A program made the position numbers and the translations under genes. 64,000 nucleotides of DNA from Octopus sinensis (taxonomy: Eukaryota). Of this stretch, positions 12,001 through 25,820 are shown piece after piece (position 1 is the first letter of the stretch; every line of letters starts with the position of its first letter). Where the stretch lies: the NCBI RefSeq assembly GCF_006345805.1, contig NC_042997.1:210118001-210182000 (forward strand), written 5' to 3'. The notes below the pieces were generated by a model. That model did no database searches. It saw only the letters and a program-made list of their open reading frames with translations, and had not been told where the DNA came from.

Positions 12001-15000
12001 CACAGAAGCAATGAGGGAGACCTTTGGAATTATGCTTGAGAAGAAGACCTGTCAAACCAAGTAAAATTGCAGTCATGGCAAATATCAGTGTCACACAAAT
12101 GGCACCTGTTCCAGTGGCACATAGAAGAACTCATTACACTCTCGGAGTGGTTGGCATTAGAAAGGGCATCCAGCTGTAGAAACCATGCCAGATCAGACTG
12201 GTGTCTGGTGCAGCCTTCCAGCATGCCAGCCCTGGTCAAACCATCTAACCCATGGCAGCATGGACAACGGATGTTAAATGATGATGATGAAGGGTTGCTT
12301 AATTCTTGCTGATGTTTAAATGTCTCTCTTATTTTTGTTTACAGAATACTGATGCCTCCCTTCTTCCAGCAATCAGCTGGCCAGCATTTGGCATCCACGA
12401 AACATACTTGCGTGAACGAGCAATCAGCAAAGTTCTGCGCAAACTCAGTGGCAACTACGGATTGAAACGCTACCTCCGTGACGGCTATAAGACTGTTCTA
12501 GAAGATGAATCTCGTAAGCACTACGTGCCAGCAGAGATTAAGGTTAGCAGACTTTTATGTTGTTTTGGTGTTGTTCAGCCTCAGACTAGCCCTGATTAAA
12601 GAGACTAACGACTAAAGACATTCAGGTTGTGACCATCACTCGTTTTGTATATCAAAGTCATTTTCTAATGATTCTTTCCTATTGTAAATGTGATTTGCAG
12701 GAATCTGGCTGCTATTTCTAGCTGGCTAAAGGGCTGCATATACTCTTTTACTCTCTTATTTGTTTCAGTCATTTGACTGCGGTCATGCTGGAGCACCGTC
12801 TTTAGTCAAACAAATTGACCCCAGGACTTATTCTTTGTAAGCCTAGTACTTATTCTATCAGTCTCTTTTGCCGAACTGCTAAGTTACGGTGACGTAAACA
12901 TAGCAGCATCGGTTGCCAAGCAATGCTAGGGGGACAAACACAGACACACAAACACTCACACACACACACACACACACACACGACAGGCTTCTTTCAGTTT
13001 GTGTCTACCATATCCACTCACAAGGCTTTGGTTGGCCCGAAGCTATAGTGGAAGACACTTGCCCAAGGTTCCACACAGTGGGACTGAACCCAAAACCATA
13101 ATTTTTGATACAGTATATTTCATTGTCTTAATTACTTTTCATTAAGCGAGATGGTTAATGACATTTACATATTTTTACGTCATTAAATAATTCCTTTGTT
13201 ATCCACTTTGGTCAGTTGCCTTGAGCATGGAACCACCACATGAGGCACATTTTGGGGTATGTGACTCTTTAACTCCACCCCACCATGTGGTGTCTTTTAT
13301 CTTTTACTTGTTTCAGTCATTGGACTGTGGCCATACTGGGGCACCACCTTGAAGGGTTTTCAGTTGAATGAATCAACCTCAATTTCTTTTAAAGCTTGTT
13401 CTATCAGTCAGTTTTGCCGAACCGCTAAGTTATGGGGGACAGACACAAACAACACTGGTTGTCAAGTGGTGGTAAGACACACACACACACAATGGGCTTC
13501 TTTCAGTTTCCACCCACCAAACCCACTAACAAGGCTTTGGTCAGCCGAAGGTTGTAGTAGAAGACATGTGCCCAAGGTGCCACTTAGGTGCACATTAATA
13601 ACTTACATGACATTACATTAACAAACTATACGGCATCACATGACCCTACATTAGTCTGTTGGTCAGTTATTTTAGACCATGGTGGCACATCTATGACCTG
13701 ATCACTGATATAATGCCACTGTATCTATTGGTCAGTTATTATAGCCCATAGTGATAGATGTATCCCAATGGTCTATAATTACTGACCAACAGAATTTCCT
13801 GTGAGTTCTTACTGGAAATCTTGTGATATCGGTGAAGGGTTCAGTTTCATAGAAAAATATGCCAAGTATAGACCAACATGACATTGGTAATTCCTCTCTA
13901 GGCTATTTACAATGAGACTGTCCAATAACATATATCTGACCACTGTCCAATAACATATATCTGACCACTGTCCAATAACATATATCTGACCACTGTCCGA
14001 CAATAACAACAGAGTTATCTACTGTCAAACTATATTCATAATTGACTACTGTATAACAACAGCCATGCATAACTGACCACTGTCCAACAGTGACACATAG
14101 CTGACGAGTATCCAATAATTTCCCCACGTAACTGACCGCATAAATGCCCATCCATAACCATACATAGTTGACCACTGTCCAACACAGTGTCAGAGACATC
14201 GACTATATTTTTACTAAAAGAAATGTTGTATTCATTGTAAGAAAAACTGACCAATTTTTTTAATTCTGTCTTTACAGAACTTTGATGGCATTGAGTGTGA
14301 GTGGCCAATGTTCTATGCCTACCTCATGATTGAGTGTAAGTAGCCCCTTCACTTCACACACACACACACATGCATGCACTATCACAGCTAACTCATTATT
14401 GAGTGTGAGTAGAACCTTCACTTCCCACACACACACACACACACATGCACTGTCGCAGCTAACTCATTACTGCGTTTGGCATTGGTTCCCACAACAGGAT
14501 ACCCTTCATAGCGCCAACCCCTTTACAGCCTGTACTGGGTACTTTTTCATGTGACACCAGCACTTGTGAGATCGTCATACAGTTTGCAAGACTACAAACC
14601 CTGTGAGAAGTGGCATTATGTAAGGAACAGAGAGGTTGAAGGGGATCCAGAGCAGAACAGGGTTCTTGGTGTCGAGGGGTTTCATTCATAACTCATCATC
14701 ATCATTTAACGTCCGTTTTCCATGCTGGCATGGGTTGGACGGTTTGACTGAGGTCTAGAGAGCCAGATGGCCACACCAGGCTCCAGTCTTGATCTGGCAG
14801 AGTTTCTACAGCTGGATGCCCTTCCTAGCGCCAACCACTCTGAGAGTGTAGTGGGTGCTTTTTACGTGCCACCAGCACGGGGGCCAGTCAGGCGGTACTG
14901 GCAATGACCTCGCTCGAATCTTTTTACACATGCTACCATCACAGGTGCCAGTAACAAGCACAACCATTAAACTGGAAGGTGTCAGCAATGCCCTGTGAAA

Positions 15001-18000
15001 AGGTTTTAAATCAAGTGCAGAATGCACAACACCACAACGACTCTCATAAGCAAAAGCAAGGAAGCCATGGACAAGCAAAGGGAAAGATATCTGGTCCAGT
15101 AGAGCTGCAGGTTTTGCACATGTGTTAGCCTTCTCCTAAAGGGATGCCTTGACAAAGGCCAGGGGTCTTTCATTCCCAGTGGGTTTGCTGCACCGTCAGA
15201 CACCAACCCAAGCCTTTCTATGTCCCTGGTTCATGCATGCACACATACATACATATAAATATATATACATCATTATCATCATCATCCTCATCGTTTAACG
15301 TCTGTTTTCCATGCTGGCATGGGTTGGACGGTTCGACTAGGGGTCTGCGAAGCCAGGAGACTGCACCAGGCTGCAATCTGATCTGGCAGTGTTTCTACAG
15401 CTGAATGCCCTTCCTAATGCCAACCACTCTGAGAGTGTAGTGGGTGCTTTTTATGTGCTACCAGCACAGGGGCCAGAGGGGGCTGGCATAACATGTTCGG
15501 ATGGTGCTTTTATGCGCCACCGGCATGTGAACCAAAGTCGAGGGAGGCTGGTATCGACCTTATTTGGATGGTGCTTTTTCCATGCCACCAGCACGGGGGA
15601 GCCAAACAGGCAGTGCGGGCCTCAGCCACAACTACAATTTCCATCTGATTGTGCTGATTCGATTTTGTTGGTGATGTTGATGCACTTGACTCAATAGGTC
15701 CCCTCAAGCACGGCATGTCGCCCTACAATCCAAAGGAACTTTTTTGAGTGGGCTGGTTATGCGACACTGGCATAGGGCTACAACTGTGATCTCCCATTAT
15801 TTGCCGGGTTTCCTCAGTCACTGCATATCTCCAGAGATCTCGGTCTTTCGTCACTGCCCAACATTCAAAGGTCATGCTTCACCCCATCAGCCCATGTATA
15901 TGTATATACATACACGCTTAAATATAGATTGATAGAGTGTGTCATTATTGCATTTTGTGTTATGTTCACAATATGTTCCTCATAAATATTGTAAGTTCAT
16001 TATTTTTCTAATTGATTTTCAGATGAATTCAAAGGCAATAAGGCACTGGTTGAAGAGTATTACCAACGCCTTAAACCTTTATTGAAACAGACTGGATATG
16101 GTGAGTTGTTGTATATCCTTCTTCTTCTTCTTCTTCTTCTTCTTCTTCTTCTTCTTCTTCTCTTCTTCTTCTTCCTCTTCTTCTTCTTCTTCCTTCTTCT
16201 TCCTCCTTCTTCTTCCACTTCTTCTTCTTCTTCTTCTCCTTCTCTTTCTTCTTCTTCTTCTTCTTAAGTGATTACAATATGGAAGACAATTTAGCCATTT
16301 AGAAATACACCAAGATCATCAACTTCACTTAAATATTTAAGTAAAGTTAAGTATTTTTAGTGTTTCTGAATAGCTAACTTGTGTCTTCCATACTGCAATC
16401 ACTGTATCACTATACATATATATGATTTTATATCAGTGAGGAGGTCTAATAATGCTGAAACCTGTTGAGAGTTGTCTGAACATCAGATCCACTCTCCAAT
16501 GGATTTCACTACATTATCTAATTTAAATTTTGGAATTACCTCCCCTGTGTTTCTTGCTTAGAATTTAGCACTAAACTAATGATTCCCCGCCCCACCTGCA
16601 CTGCATACTCTTTTACTTGTTTCAGTCATTTGACTGCGGCCATGCTGGAGCACCGCCTTTAGTCGAGCAAATCGACCCCGGGACTTATTCTTTGTAAGCC
16701 CAGTACTTATTCTATCGGTCTCTTTTGCTGAACCGCTAAGTTACGGGGACGTAAACACACCAGCATCGGTTGTCAAGCAATGCTAGGGGGACAAACACAG
16801 ACACACAAACATATACACACACTTATATATATATACATATATACGACAGGCTTCTTTCAGTTTCCATCTACCAAATCCACTCACAAGCATTGGTCGGCAC
16901 AGAGCTATAGCAGAAGACACTTGCTCAAGATGTCAGGCAGTGGGACTGAACCCGGAACCATGTGGTTGGTTAGCAAGCTACTTACCACACAGCCACTCCT
17001 GCGCCTATGTGTAATTTTTGCATTTAACATATCTTCATCTTCATCATCATCATTTAACGTCTGCCTTCCATGCTGGCATGGGTGTGACTGCTTCGCAGGA
17101 GCTGGCCAGGCTTCTGTGTTTGTTTTGGCAGGGTTTTTACAGGTGGATTCCCTTCCTAACACCAACCACTCTGCAGAGTGGCCTTGGTTCGTTAAATACG
17201 TTAGCACTGACTTTTCTATTGCTTGCATAACAATGAGTGTGTCCCCAGGGCTTGAACTCCGAGTACATTGACAACTCTCCCAAACAACTAGCATGGCTAT
17301 GAGGTTTAATTAGTTGGCTTTGCAACCACATGGTTATAGGTTCAATCCTAGTGTGTAGCATGCATTCAGTACCTTGAGTAAGAGTCAGTCTTGTAGCTAA
17401 CTGAAATTTGATTGAAGGAAACTGTGTGGAAGCCTGTTAGAAATACCATTGCTATTCTTTGGTGGTAGATGTAATCCGTCCCCTGGTTTAATGCTTTTAC
17501 CTTCTCTTCGGGCACCTACAGCCAGGTTTGTATTCTAAAGATAACTTCCTTCCTTCTACCAGTCTTGGGGACCCTAAAGGGCTCTGTAGCCCCTGATTTT
17601 TAATCTCTGCTCTTTTCCTCCCATTAAGCCATTAAAAAAAAAAAAGAAAAACCAGTTCAGAATGTCACTAGTTGCCAAATCTTACTAATTCACGGAAAAT
17701 GATTATTCTCTGTTTTTCAGGTTATCTGATACCAAAATATTATTATGTTCCAAAGGAAAATATTGAGAATGAAATAAAGAATCCTGGCAGTACTGAAAAG
17801 ATCCCTAGTCCTGAAGGTTCAAGTGATGGGGTTTTTCTCTGGGGACAATCAGTCCTCCTTATAGCTGAGATGCTCCGTAAGTAATACATATTACTTTTGT
17901 TGTTGTTGTTGTTGACGCCAGCTGTCGACATTGTTCTGGTTATGGGGGACAATCTGTCTTTTTTATCACTGAGATGTTCCCTAAACAACATATCGGTAAT

Positions 18001-18120
18001 TGATAATCAGATCTGGGTTCAGTCCCACTGCACAGCATCTTGGGCAAGTGTCGTCTACTATAGCCTCGGGCCAACCAAAGCCTTGTGAGTGGATTTAGTA
18101 GACGGAAACTGAAAGAAGCC

Positions 18121-18176
<56 letters not shown>

Positions 18177-21100
18177 ATGTCTGTGTGTCCGTGTGTATCA
18201 TAAGTTGATGACGGGAAGGATGACTTCCCTTTGCAAATACTGATAGGGCACAGAAAGTGTGTCTATAGCCAGCTGGAGGAGGTGTCCTCCTGGGGCTACA
18301 AACTACAGTAGCATCCACCCTTAGGTGTTAGCCATATTTAAATGGCAAATATACATCACGATGTGTTGTAGCTACTGCTTATAACTCGCTCTAAGATTTA
18401 TTATTATTTGAACAGGGCTTTACTGATATTTGACTTTCCGATATACAACTTTCTTGTAACAAAGTTTGATTACAAAATACATTCAACATGTTTATTACGA
18501 CTGACACATGTGGGAAAAAGTACCAAATGAAGCAAAAAAGCAAAAATTGTTGGATATACTGAAACAATTTCCCCATGGATATCCAATTATCTACACATTA
18601 TTATATGTCTCATGTTAATGTAAGGAAAACAACTAGATATATTTAAATTATCTTACAAAAACTTTGTCAGGTCATCATTCTAGAAGCAGCAAAAAATTGA
18701 TCAGATTGGTACAAAGCCACATTCGCAGTAACATGAAATAACCAAAAAATGAGAACATTCAGGGATAACAGTGGATTTTCTGAGATAGGGATAGATACAA
18801 AGGACCCCAACCGTTTGTCTGAAAACAAAACAACCTCGATCCTAGATACAAACTGGAAGTGACTCATTTCCGACAAGATGTGAAAACTAATACTAAATAC
18901 TAATACAGCAGACTTACCGTTGAAGATAACACCAATACTTAAATTCATCATCATCATCACCATTGTTTATCGTCCGCTTTCCATGCTAGCATGGGTTGGA
19001 CGATTTTGACTGAGGGCTGGCGAACCAGATGGCTGCACCAGGCTCCAATCTTGATCTGGCAGAGTTTCTAAGCTAGATGCCCTTCCTAGTGCCAACCACT
19101 CCGAGAGTGCAGTGGGTGCTTTTTACATGCCACCGGCACGGCGCCAGTCAGGCGGTACTGGCAACGACCTCACTTGAATCTTTTTATACATGCCACCGGC
19201 ACAGGTGCCAGTAAGGTGACGCTGGTAACAATAAAAATTATGTATATTATTTTATATATTATTCTCTCTGTGTGGTTTATATTAAGTCTACTGGATCTTA
19301 GCCTGGAATTGTGTAGTGTTCCCATTTATATCAGTCAAAATCTTACAGACCTCCTTTTCATTTTGGAAAACCATGCTAGCCACAATCATGCATGGTGTGC
19401 TAATGAGGTGATAGCCATAATTATAATCATCTCCTCAATCTGTGTGTATGTGTGTGTGTGTCTTTTTGTCTATGTTTGTCCCCCACCCTCGCTTGATAAC
19501 CAGAGATTGTGTGTTTACATCCCTGTAACTTAGTGGTTTGACAAATAAGACTGATAGAATAAGTACCAAGCTTTAAAAAAAATTAGGGCTGGAGTTGAGT
19601 CATCTGACTAAAAATTCTTTAAGGTGCTACTCCAGCATGACCACAATCTAATGAGTGAAGCTAACATAAGATATATATATATTCAATTAGAGTTTAAAAT
19701 AGCCTCATTAAGGGGTGGTGCCATCCAAGGAAATAATACTGGTTCAGTACCTAATATTTATTTGGGATAATTAATATGTATAAAATAATGGGTTTATATA
19801 TAAACCATGGTTTATAATCATTCAAATTGAAATAAGGAAATGAAGATAGTGACAGGAATTTATTATCAGCAAAAATCAAACATTACTCCTTACAGCTGTT
19901 TCGATTAAAGATTAAATAAATATTATCAAAAACATGTTTTTGAGCAGGCATAGAAAAAGTATACCCTTGGATGTTTTGTGTATTGGATGAAAACTCTACT
20001 CTAAATAGTGGTAATAATTTAATATTTCATGAACCCCAATTAATCACGTACATCTATGCTGAAAGGCATTCCAGCCATGACCACCCCATCAACATTGCAT
20101 ACTGAGAACTGTCTTCTTTTCTCTTTCTAAAATGGTAAGGTATGATTTTAAGATGATTTGGCTGCCATTTACAGTGGGTCAAAGTAAGAATATGTTATGT
20201 AATGATGAAGTGGGGTGGTGAGGGACATGTCAGTGTGGGATGTGGTCAACCAGACCATGTTTAACTGGCCATTGAAAAATCTGTTGTGGTCAGTCCTGAT
20301 CCATCATAATTATAATGAAAGGTGTTCCAACCTTGGCTATCCTCCCTTTTTATATCAGAAATTATGTACTCCACATTATATAAAGCCATCTTTTTATAAC
20401 AGGAATACTGATGATAGTGCATATTCTGAGATTGATTTGCTGTTATTTCTAGCTGATCAAGCAACCACATAGACCTCCTCCTTGTTTGCTCAAGATGTAA
20501 ACTAGCCACAAATGTAGTGACCTTCTATATACAATACCCCGATATTGTCTTTACAGGAGAGGATTTAATCCACATCAATGAACTGGACCCTATTCGTAGG
20601 TATCTCCCTGCACCAGAAAGACCACGGTTCAGTTCTCGATACAGTGCATTCCAGGTATGTAGATTTTGGGTCATCTTTATCACAACAGTAAACAGATCAA
20701 ATTTCATTCTCAATGTGTTTGTGTATCCATTAACTGTTGTGTTTTGTGTCTCCGTTAACTGTTGTTTGTGTATCTGTTAACTGTTGTATTCATGCATCAG
20801 TTAACTGTTGTGTTTATGCATATGTTAACTGTTGTGTTTATGCATATGTTAACTGTTGTGTTTATGTGTCTGTTAACTGTTGTGTTTATGCATCTGTTAA
20901 CTGTTGTGTTTATGTGTCTGTTAACTGTTGTGTTTATGTGTCTGTTAACTGTTGTGTTTATGCATCTCTTAACCGTTGTGTTTATGCATCTGTTAACTGT
21001 TGTGTTTATGCATCTGTTAACTGTTGTAGTTATGCATCTGTTAACTGTTGTGTTTATGCACCTGTTAACTGTTGTGTTTATGTGCCTGTTAACTGTTTTG

Positions 21101-22103
21101 TTTATGCATCTGTTAACTATTGTAGTTATGCATCCATTAACTGTTGTGTTTATGCATCTGTTAACTGTTGTGTTTATGCATCTGTTAACTGTTGTGTTTA
21201 TGTGTCTGTTAACTGTTGTGTTTATGTGTCTGTTAACTGTTGTGTTTATGCATCTGTTAACTGTTGTGTTTATGCATCTGTTAACTGTTGTGTTTATGTG
21301 TCTGTTAAATGTTGTGTTTATGCATCTGTTAACTGTTGTGTTTATGCATTTGTTAACTGTTGTGTTTATGCATCTGTTAACTGTTATGTTTATGTGTCTG
21401 TTAACTGTTGTGTTTATGCATCTGTTAACTGTTGTGTTTATGCATCTGTTAACTGTTGTGTTTATGTGTCTGTTAACTGTTGTGTTTATGTATCTGTTAA
21501 CTGTTGTGTTTGTGTATATATTAATTGTTGATGTGTTTAATTCACACTTAGAGCATCACCCCTTTATTTGTACAAAAGTTCCCTCAGATTACACTGTTTT
21601 ATTTTTTTTTCTTTCTTTCCAAACAAGTTCTCTTAAGTTTCTCCTGATTTTTGTGTTTTCTTGCACAGGGCACCCCTGATGACCTCGTCATTCAAATGGT
21701 ACTCATCTCTGAAAGTGCCGAACTTCAAAAGCTGCTGGGAACCTATGGTATTGAAACCCAAACTCCAAGACAGGTGGAACCTATCCAGATTTGGTCACCA
21801 AAAGAATTAACAAAGGCATATGAGTACCTTGGTAAGAACAAGAAGCTTCAAATATCAGGAAGGCCGTCTCGTCCATTTGGAGTACTTAGTACTTCGAAGG
21901 TACTCCTCTCTCTTATTTCCAACCCTTGTTTCTTTTTATTTACACCCTTATTATAATGCACTGTGTCAGCAGAATGGTTTCTCCTGTTTTCTCTTGTTTT
22001 AACACAAACATCAAATTTTTTAAGGGTTGTCAGCTGACATCAAACTGGTTTCAAGAGATTGTTATTTACTAAGATATAATTTATTGTTATTATTATTATT
22101 ATT

Positions 22104-22139
<36 letters not shown>

Positions 22140-22723
22140 ATTCTTGAGTGAGAGAGCAGTTCATGCCATCAAAGTGACACTGGGGTACAATATACAAAGC
22201 CCTGTATATCCATCATAACAACCCGTCTGATAAGGGTACACCAGGCACATGCATCACAAGCATATGTGCGCGACATGGTGATCTTGTATCAAGATAAACA
22301 GTGCATGACCTTGCAGGTGGGGCCCAGTTAGAATTTTCTTCAGGTTGAGTAGCCCATCCCGCTCAAAAGGTCCCCGAATAAGGGTTGTTTAAGGATGTTG
22401 AAAGAACCACCCATGTTTCCAGAGGTGAACTATTCAAACCCCAAAGAATCCCTCTCAACACATGGCTATGATGCTCCCCCACTACTTCTGCTCGTGATCA
22501 GAGATGCACATATCGTCAGCCACCAAAAGACATGCTCAACTGGTTAAGGTCAAACAACTGACAAGCAAATCTGTGGTATTGAGCAGAATATTTGCTGTAG
22601 CCCATCTTTTATACCAAGACAAAACAATGTACATGATAACACTTCCAATCAGTTAAGATCAGAAGCCATGAGAGCCACTGCCTGGTACTGCATCAGGGCA
22701 TATTATTATTATTATCATCATCA

Positions 22724-22769
<46 letters not shown>

Positions 22770-25766
22770 CATCATTATTATTATTATTATTATTATTATT
22801 CTTGAGTGAGAGAGCAGTTCATGCCATCAAAGTGACACTGGGGTACAATATACAAAGCCCTGTATATCCATCATAAAAACCTGTCTGATAAGGGTACACC
22901 AGGCACATGCATCACAAGCATATGTGCGCGACATGGTGATCTCATATCAAGATAAACAATGCATGACCTTGCAGATGGCGCCCAGTTAGAATTTTCTTCG
23001 GGTTAAGTAGCCCATCCCGCTCAAAAGGTCACTGAATAAGGCTTGTTTAAGAATGTTAAACAAAGCACTCGTGTTTCTATAGGTGAATTATACAAACCCC
23101 AAAGAATTCCTCTCAACACATGGCTTCTCCCACAACTTCTTCTTGTGATCAGAGATGCACATATCGTCAGCCACCAAAGGACATGCTCAACTGGTTATGG
23201 TCAAGCAATTGACAAGCAAATCTCCAATCAGTTAAGATCAGAAGCCATGAGTGCCTCTGCTTGGTACTGCATCAGGGCATTTATTATTATCAGTTAAAGA
23301 TACATGCTGGTGCCCTGTAAAATGCACCTGTGCTGGTGCTGCATTAAATGCACATGGTACACTCTAAAGTGGTTGGCATTAGGAAGGGCATTGAGCCATA
23401 GAAACCAAACCTAAAAAGACAACTGGAGCATGGTGCAGCTCTCCAGTTTGCCTGCTTCTGTCAAACCACCCAACCCATGGTAGCATGGCATGGGTTGGAT
23501 GGTTAATTGCATATCCACACCTGTGCCATTATAGGTGAATAAAAGACATGTTGCTAATGCCAACCACCTCACAGAGGGTCCAGTGTGCTTTTCATGTGGC
23601 ACCAGCACCAGTGCCTTTCGTGTGGCACTGACACCAGCAGGGCCATCAAGTAGTCTGAGACATCTTCGTCTCACGAGTTACTTGACGACCTTGCTGGTGT
23701 TGGTGCCGCATAAAAAGCACCGGAGCTGGTTCCGCATGAAAAGCACACTGGACCCTCTGTGAAGTGGTTGGCATTAGGAAGGTCATCCAGCTGTGGAAAC
23801 CGAGCCAAAGCCGACATTGGGACAGAACTCAGTCCTTGGACTATTGAATTCTGTCGAACTATCCAACCCATGGAAAACAGACATCAAATGATGATGATGA
23901 TGATGATGTTCCAAATGGAACAATCTTTGATCATAGATCTTAATCAAGCAGGTCCAACATCATCATCATCATCATCGTTTAACATCTGCTTTCCATGCTA
24001 GCATGGGTTGGACGATCTGACTGAGGGCTGGTGAACCAGATGGCTGCACCAGGCTCCAATCTTGATCTGGCAGTGTTTCTACACCTGGGTGCTTTTTACG
24101 TGCCACCGGCGCGGGGGCCAGTCAGGCGGTACTGGCAACGACCTGACCTCGCTCGAATCTTTTTACACATGCCACCGGCACAGGTGCCAGTAAAGCGACG
24201 TTGGTAACGGAGACTAAACAATATCACCAAACAACATAACCTACTCTTGGCCCCTACCACTATGACCTTTGACACTCCTAACTATATTTATCTCAGCTTA
24301 CTCTCTCATTAATTCAAAGTTGTCCTTAAGTAGACCCCCCCTCCCCACCTCCAAAATAAATCTAACAACTTTTGTATCATACTAAAATTTCCCATCTACT
24401 ATTATTTTTATTATTTTTTTTTCTTACAGATTTACCGTATTTGTGGCCAAACTGTGCTGTGTTACCCCCTGTTGTTTGAAATCAGCAGTTTTTATTTAGC
24501 CCAAGATCTGTCATTAGTCGTGGATAATTGCAAAGTGAGTTCTCTTTCCTATTTTTCTTGCTTTTGTGTGGGTGGAGGTGCAATGGCCCAGTGGTTAGGA
24601 TCGCGGTTTCGATTCCCAGACCGGGCGTTGTGAGTGTTTATTGAGCGAAAACACCTAAAGCTCTACAAGGCTCCGGCAGGGGATGGTGGTGATCCCTGCT
24701 GTACTCTTTCACCACAACTTTCTCTCACTCTTTCTTCCTGTTTCTGTTGTACCTGTATTTCAAAGGGCCTTGTCACTCTCTGTGTCACGCTGAATATCCC
24801 CGAGAACTACGTTAAGGGCACACGTGTCTGTGGAGTGCTCAGCCACTTACACGTTAATTTCATGAGCAGGCTGTTCCGTTGATTCGGATCAACCGGAACC
24901 CTCGTCATTGTAACCAACGGAGTGCTTCCATACTTTTGTGTGGGTGGGGGATGCACGGTGGCCCAATGATTAGGGCATTGCACTCACGATTGCATGACTT
25001 CCAGACCAGAGGGTGCATTGTGTTCTTAAGCAAGACACATCACTTCATGTTGCTTTGAAATCACTTTCAACAGTGCACCTGTACATCATCATCATCATCG
25101 TTTAAACGTCCGCTTTCCATGCTGGCATGGGTTGACTGAGGCTGCACCAGGCTCCATTCTGATCTGGCAAAGTTTCTACAGCTGGATGCCCTTCCTAATG
25201 CCAACCACTCCGAGAGTGTAGTGGGTGCCTTTTACATGCCAACAGCATGGGGGCCTGTCAGGCAGCACTGGCATCAACCACGCTCGAATGGTGCTTTTTT
25301 ATGTGCCACCAGCACGGGTCCCAGTCAGGTAATCTCAATTTGATGTTGGGAGTGAGGTAATAAAGCACAGCACAAGCATTTGCTTTCCGTAAACAAATCA
25401 TTTGTGCAGACTGTTGAGCAACAAACAGCAGGACCCTCGTCAGACACGTATCAGCATGTGTGTGTCTGTGTGTAGATTTGATAATTGTAAATGAGCCTCA
25501 CCGTCATACAAGCAGTGTTGTTCATTTCCAGTCTTCTTTAGGGAAGCTATGAGCTGACAAAATCCTTAGCAGCATTTCATCCATCTTTACGTTTTGAGTT
25601 CAAATTCCACTAGGGTCAACTTTGCCTTTCATCCTTTCAGGGTCGATAAATTAAGTATCAGCGAGACACTGGGGTCAATATAATCAACTAGTCCCCTCCC
25701 CAAAAATTTCAGGCCTCATGCCTTTAGTAGAAAGGATTATTATCATTATTATTATTATTATATTAG

Positions 25767-25820
<54 letters not shown>

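Noticed and set aside
20737-21679. 264-aa (VNCCVYAS)n and 305-aa (LTVVFMHL)n ORFs resembling Cys-rich or membrane proteins
   Set aside because: Open only because the 24-bp unit lacks stops in those frames; intronic minisatellite
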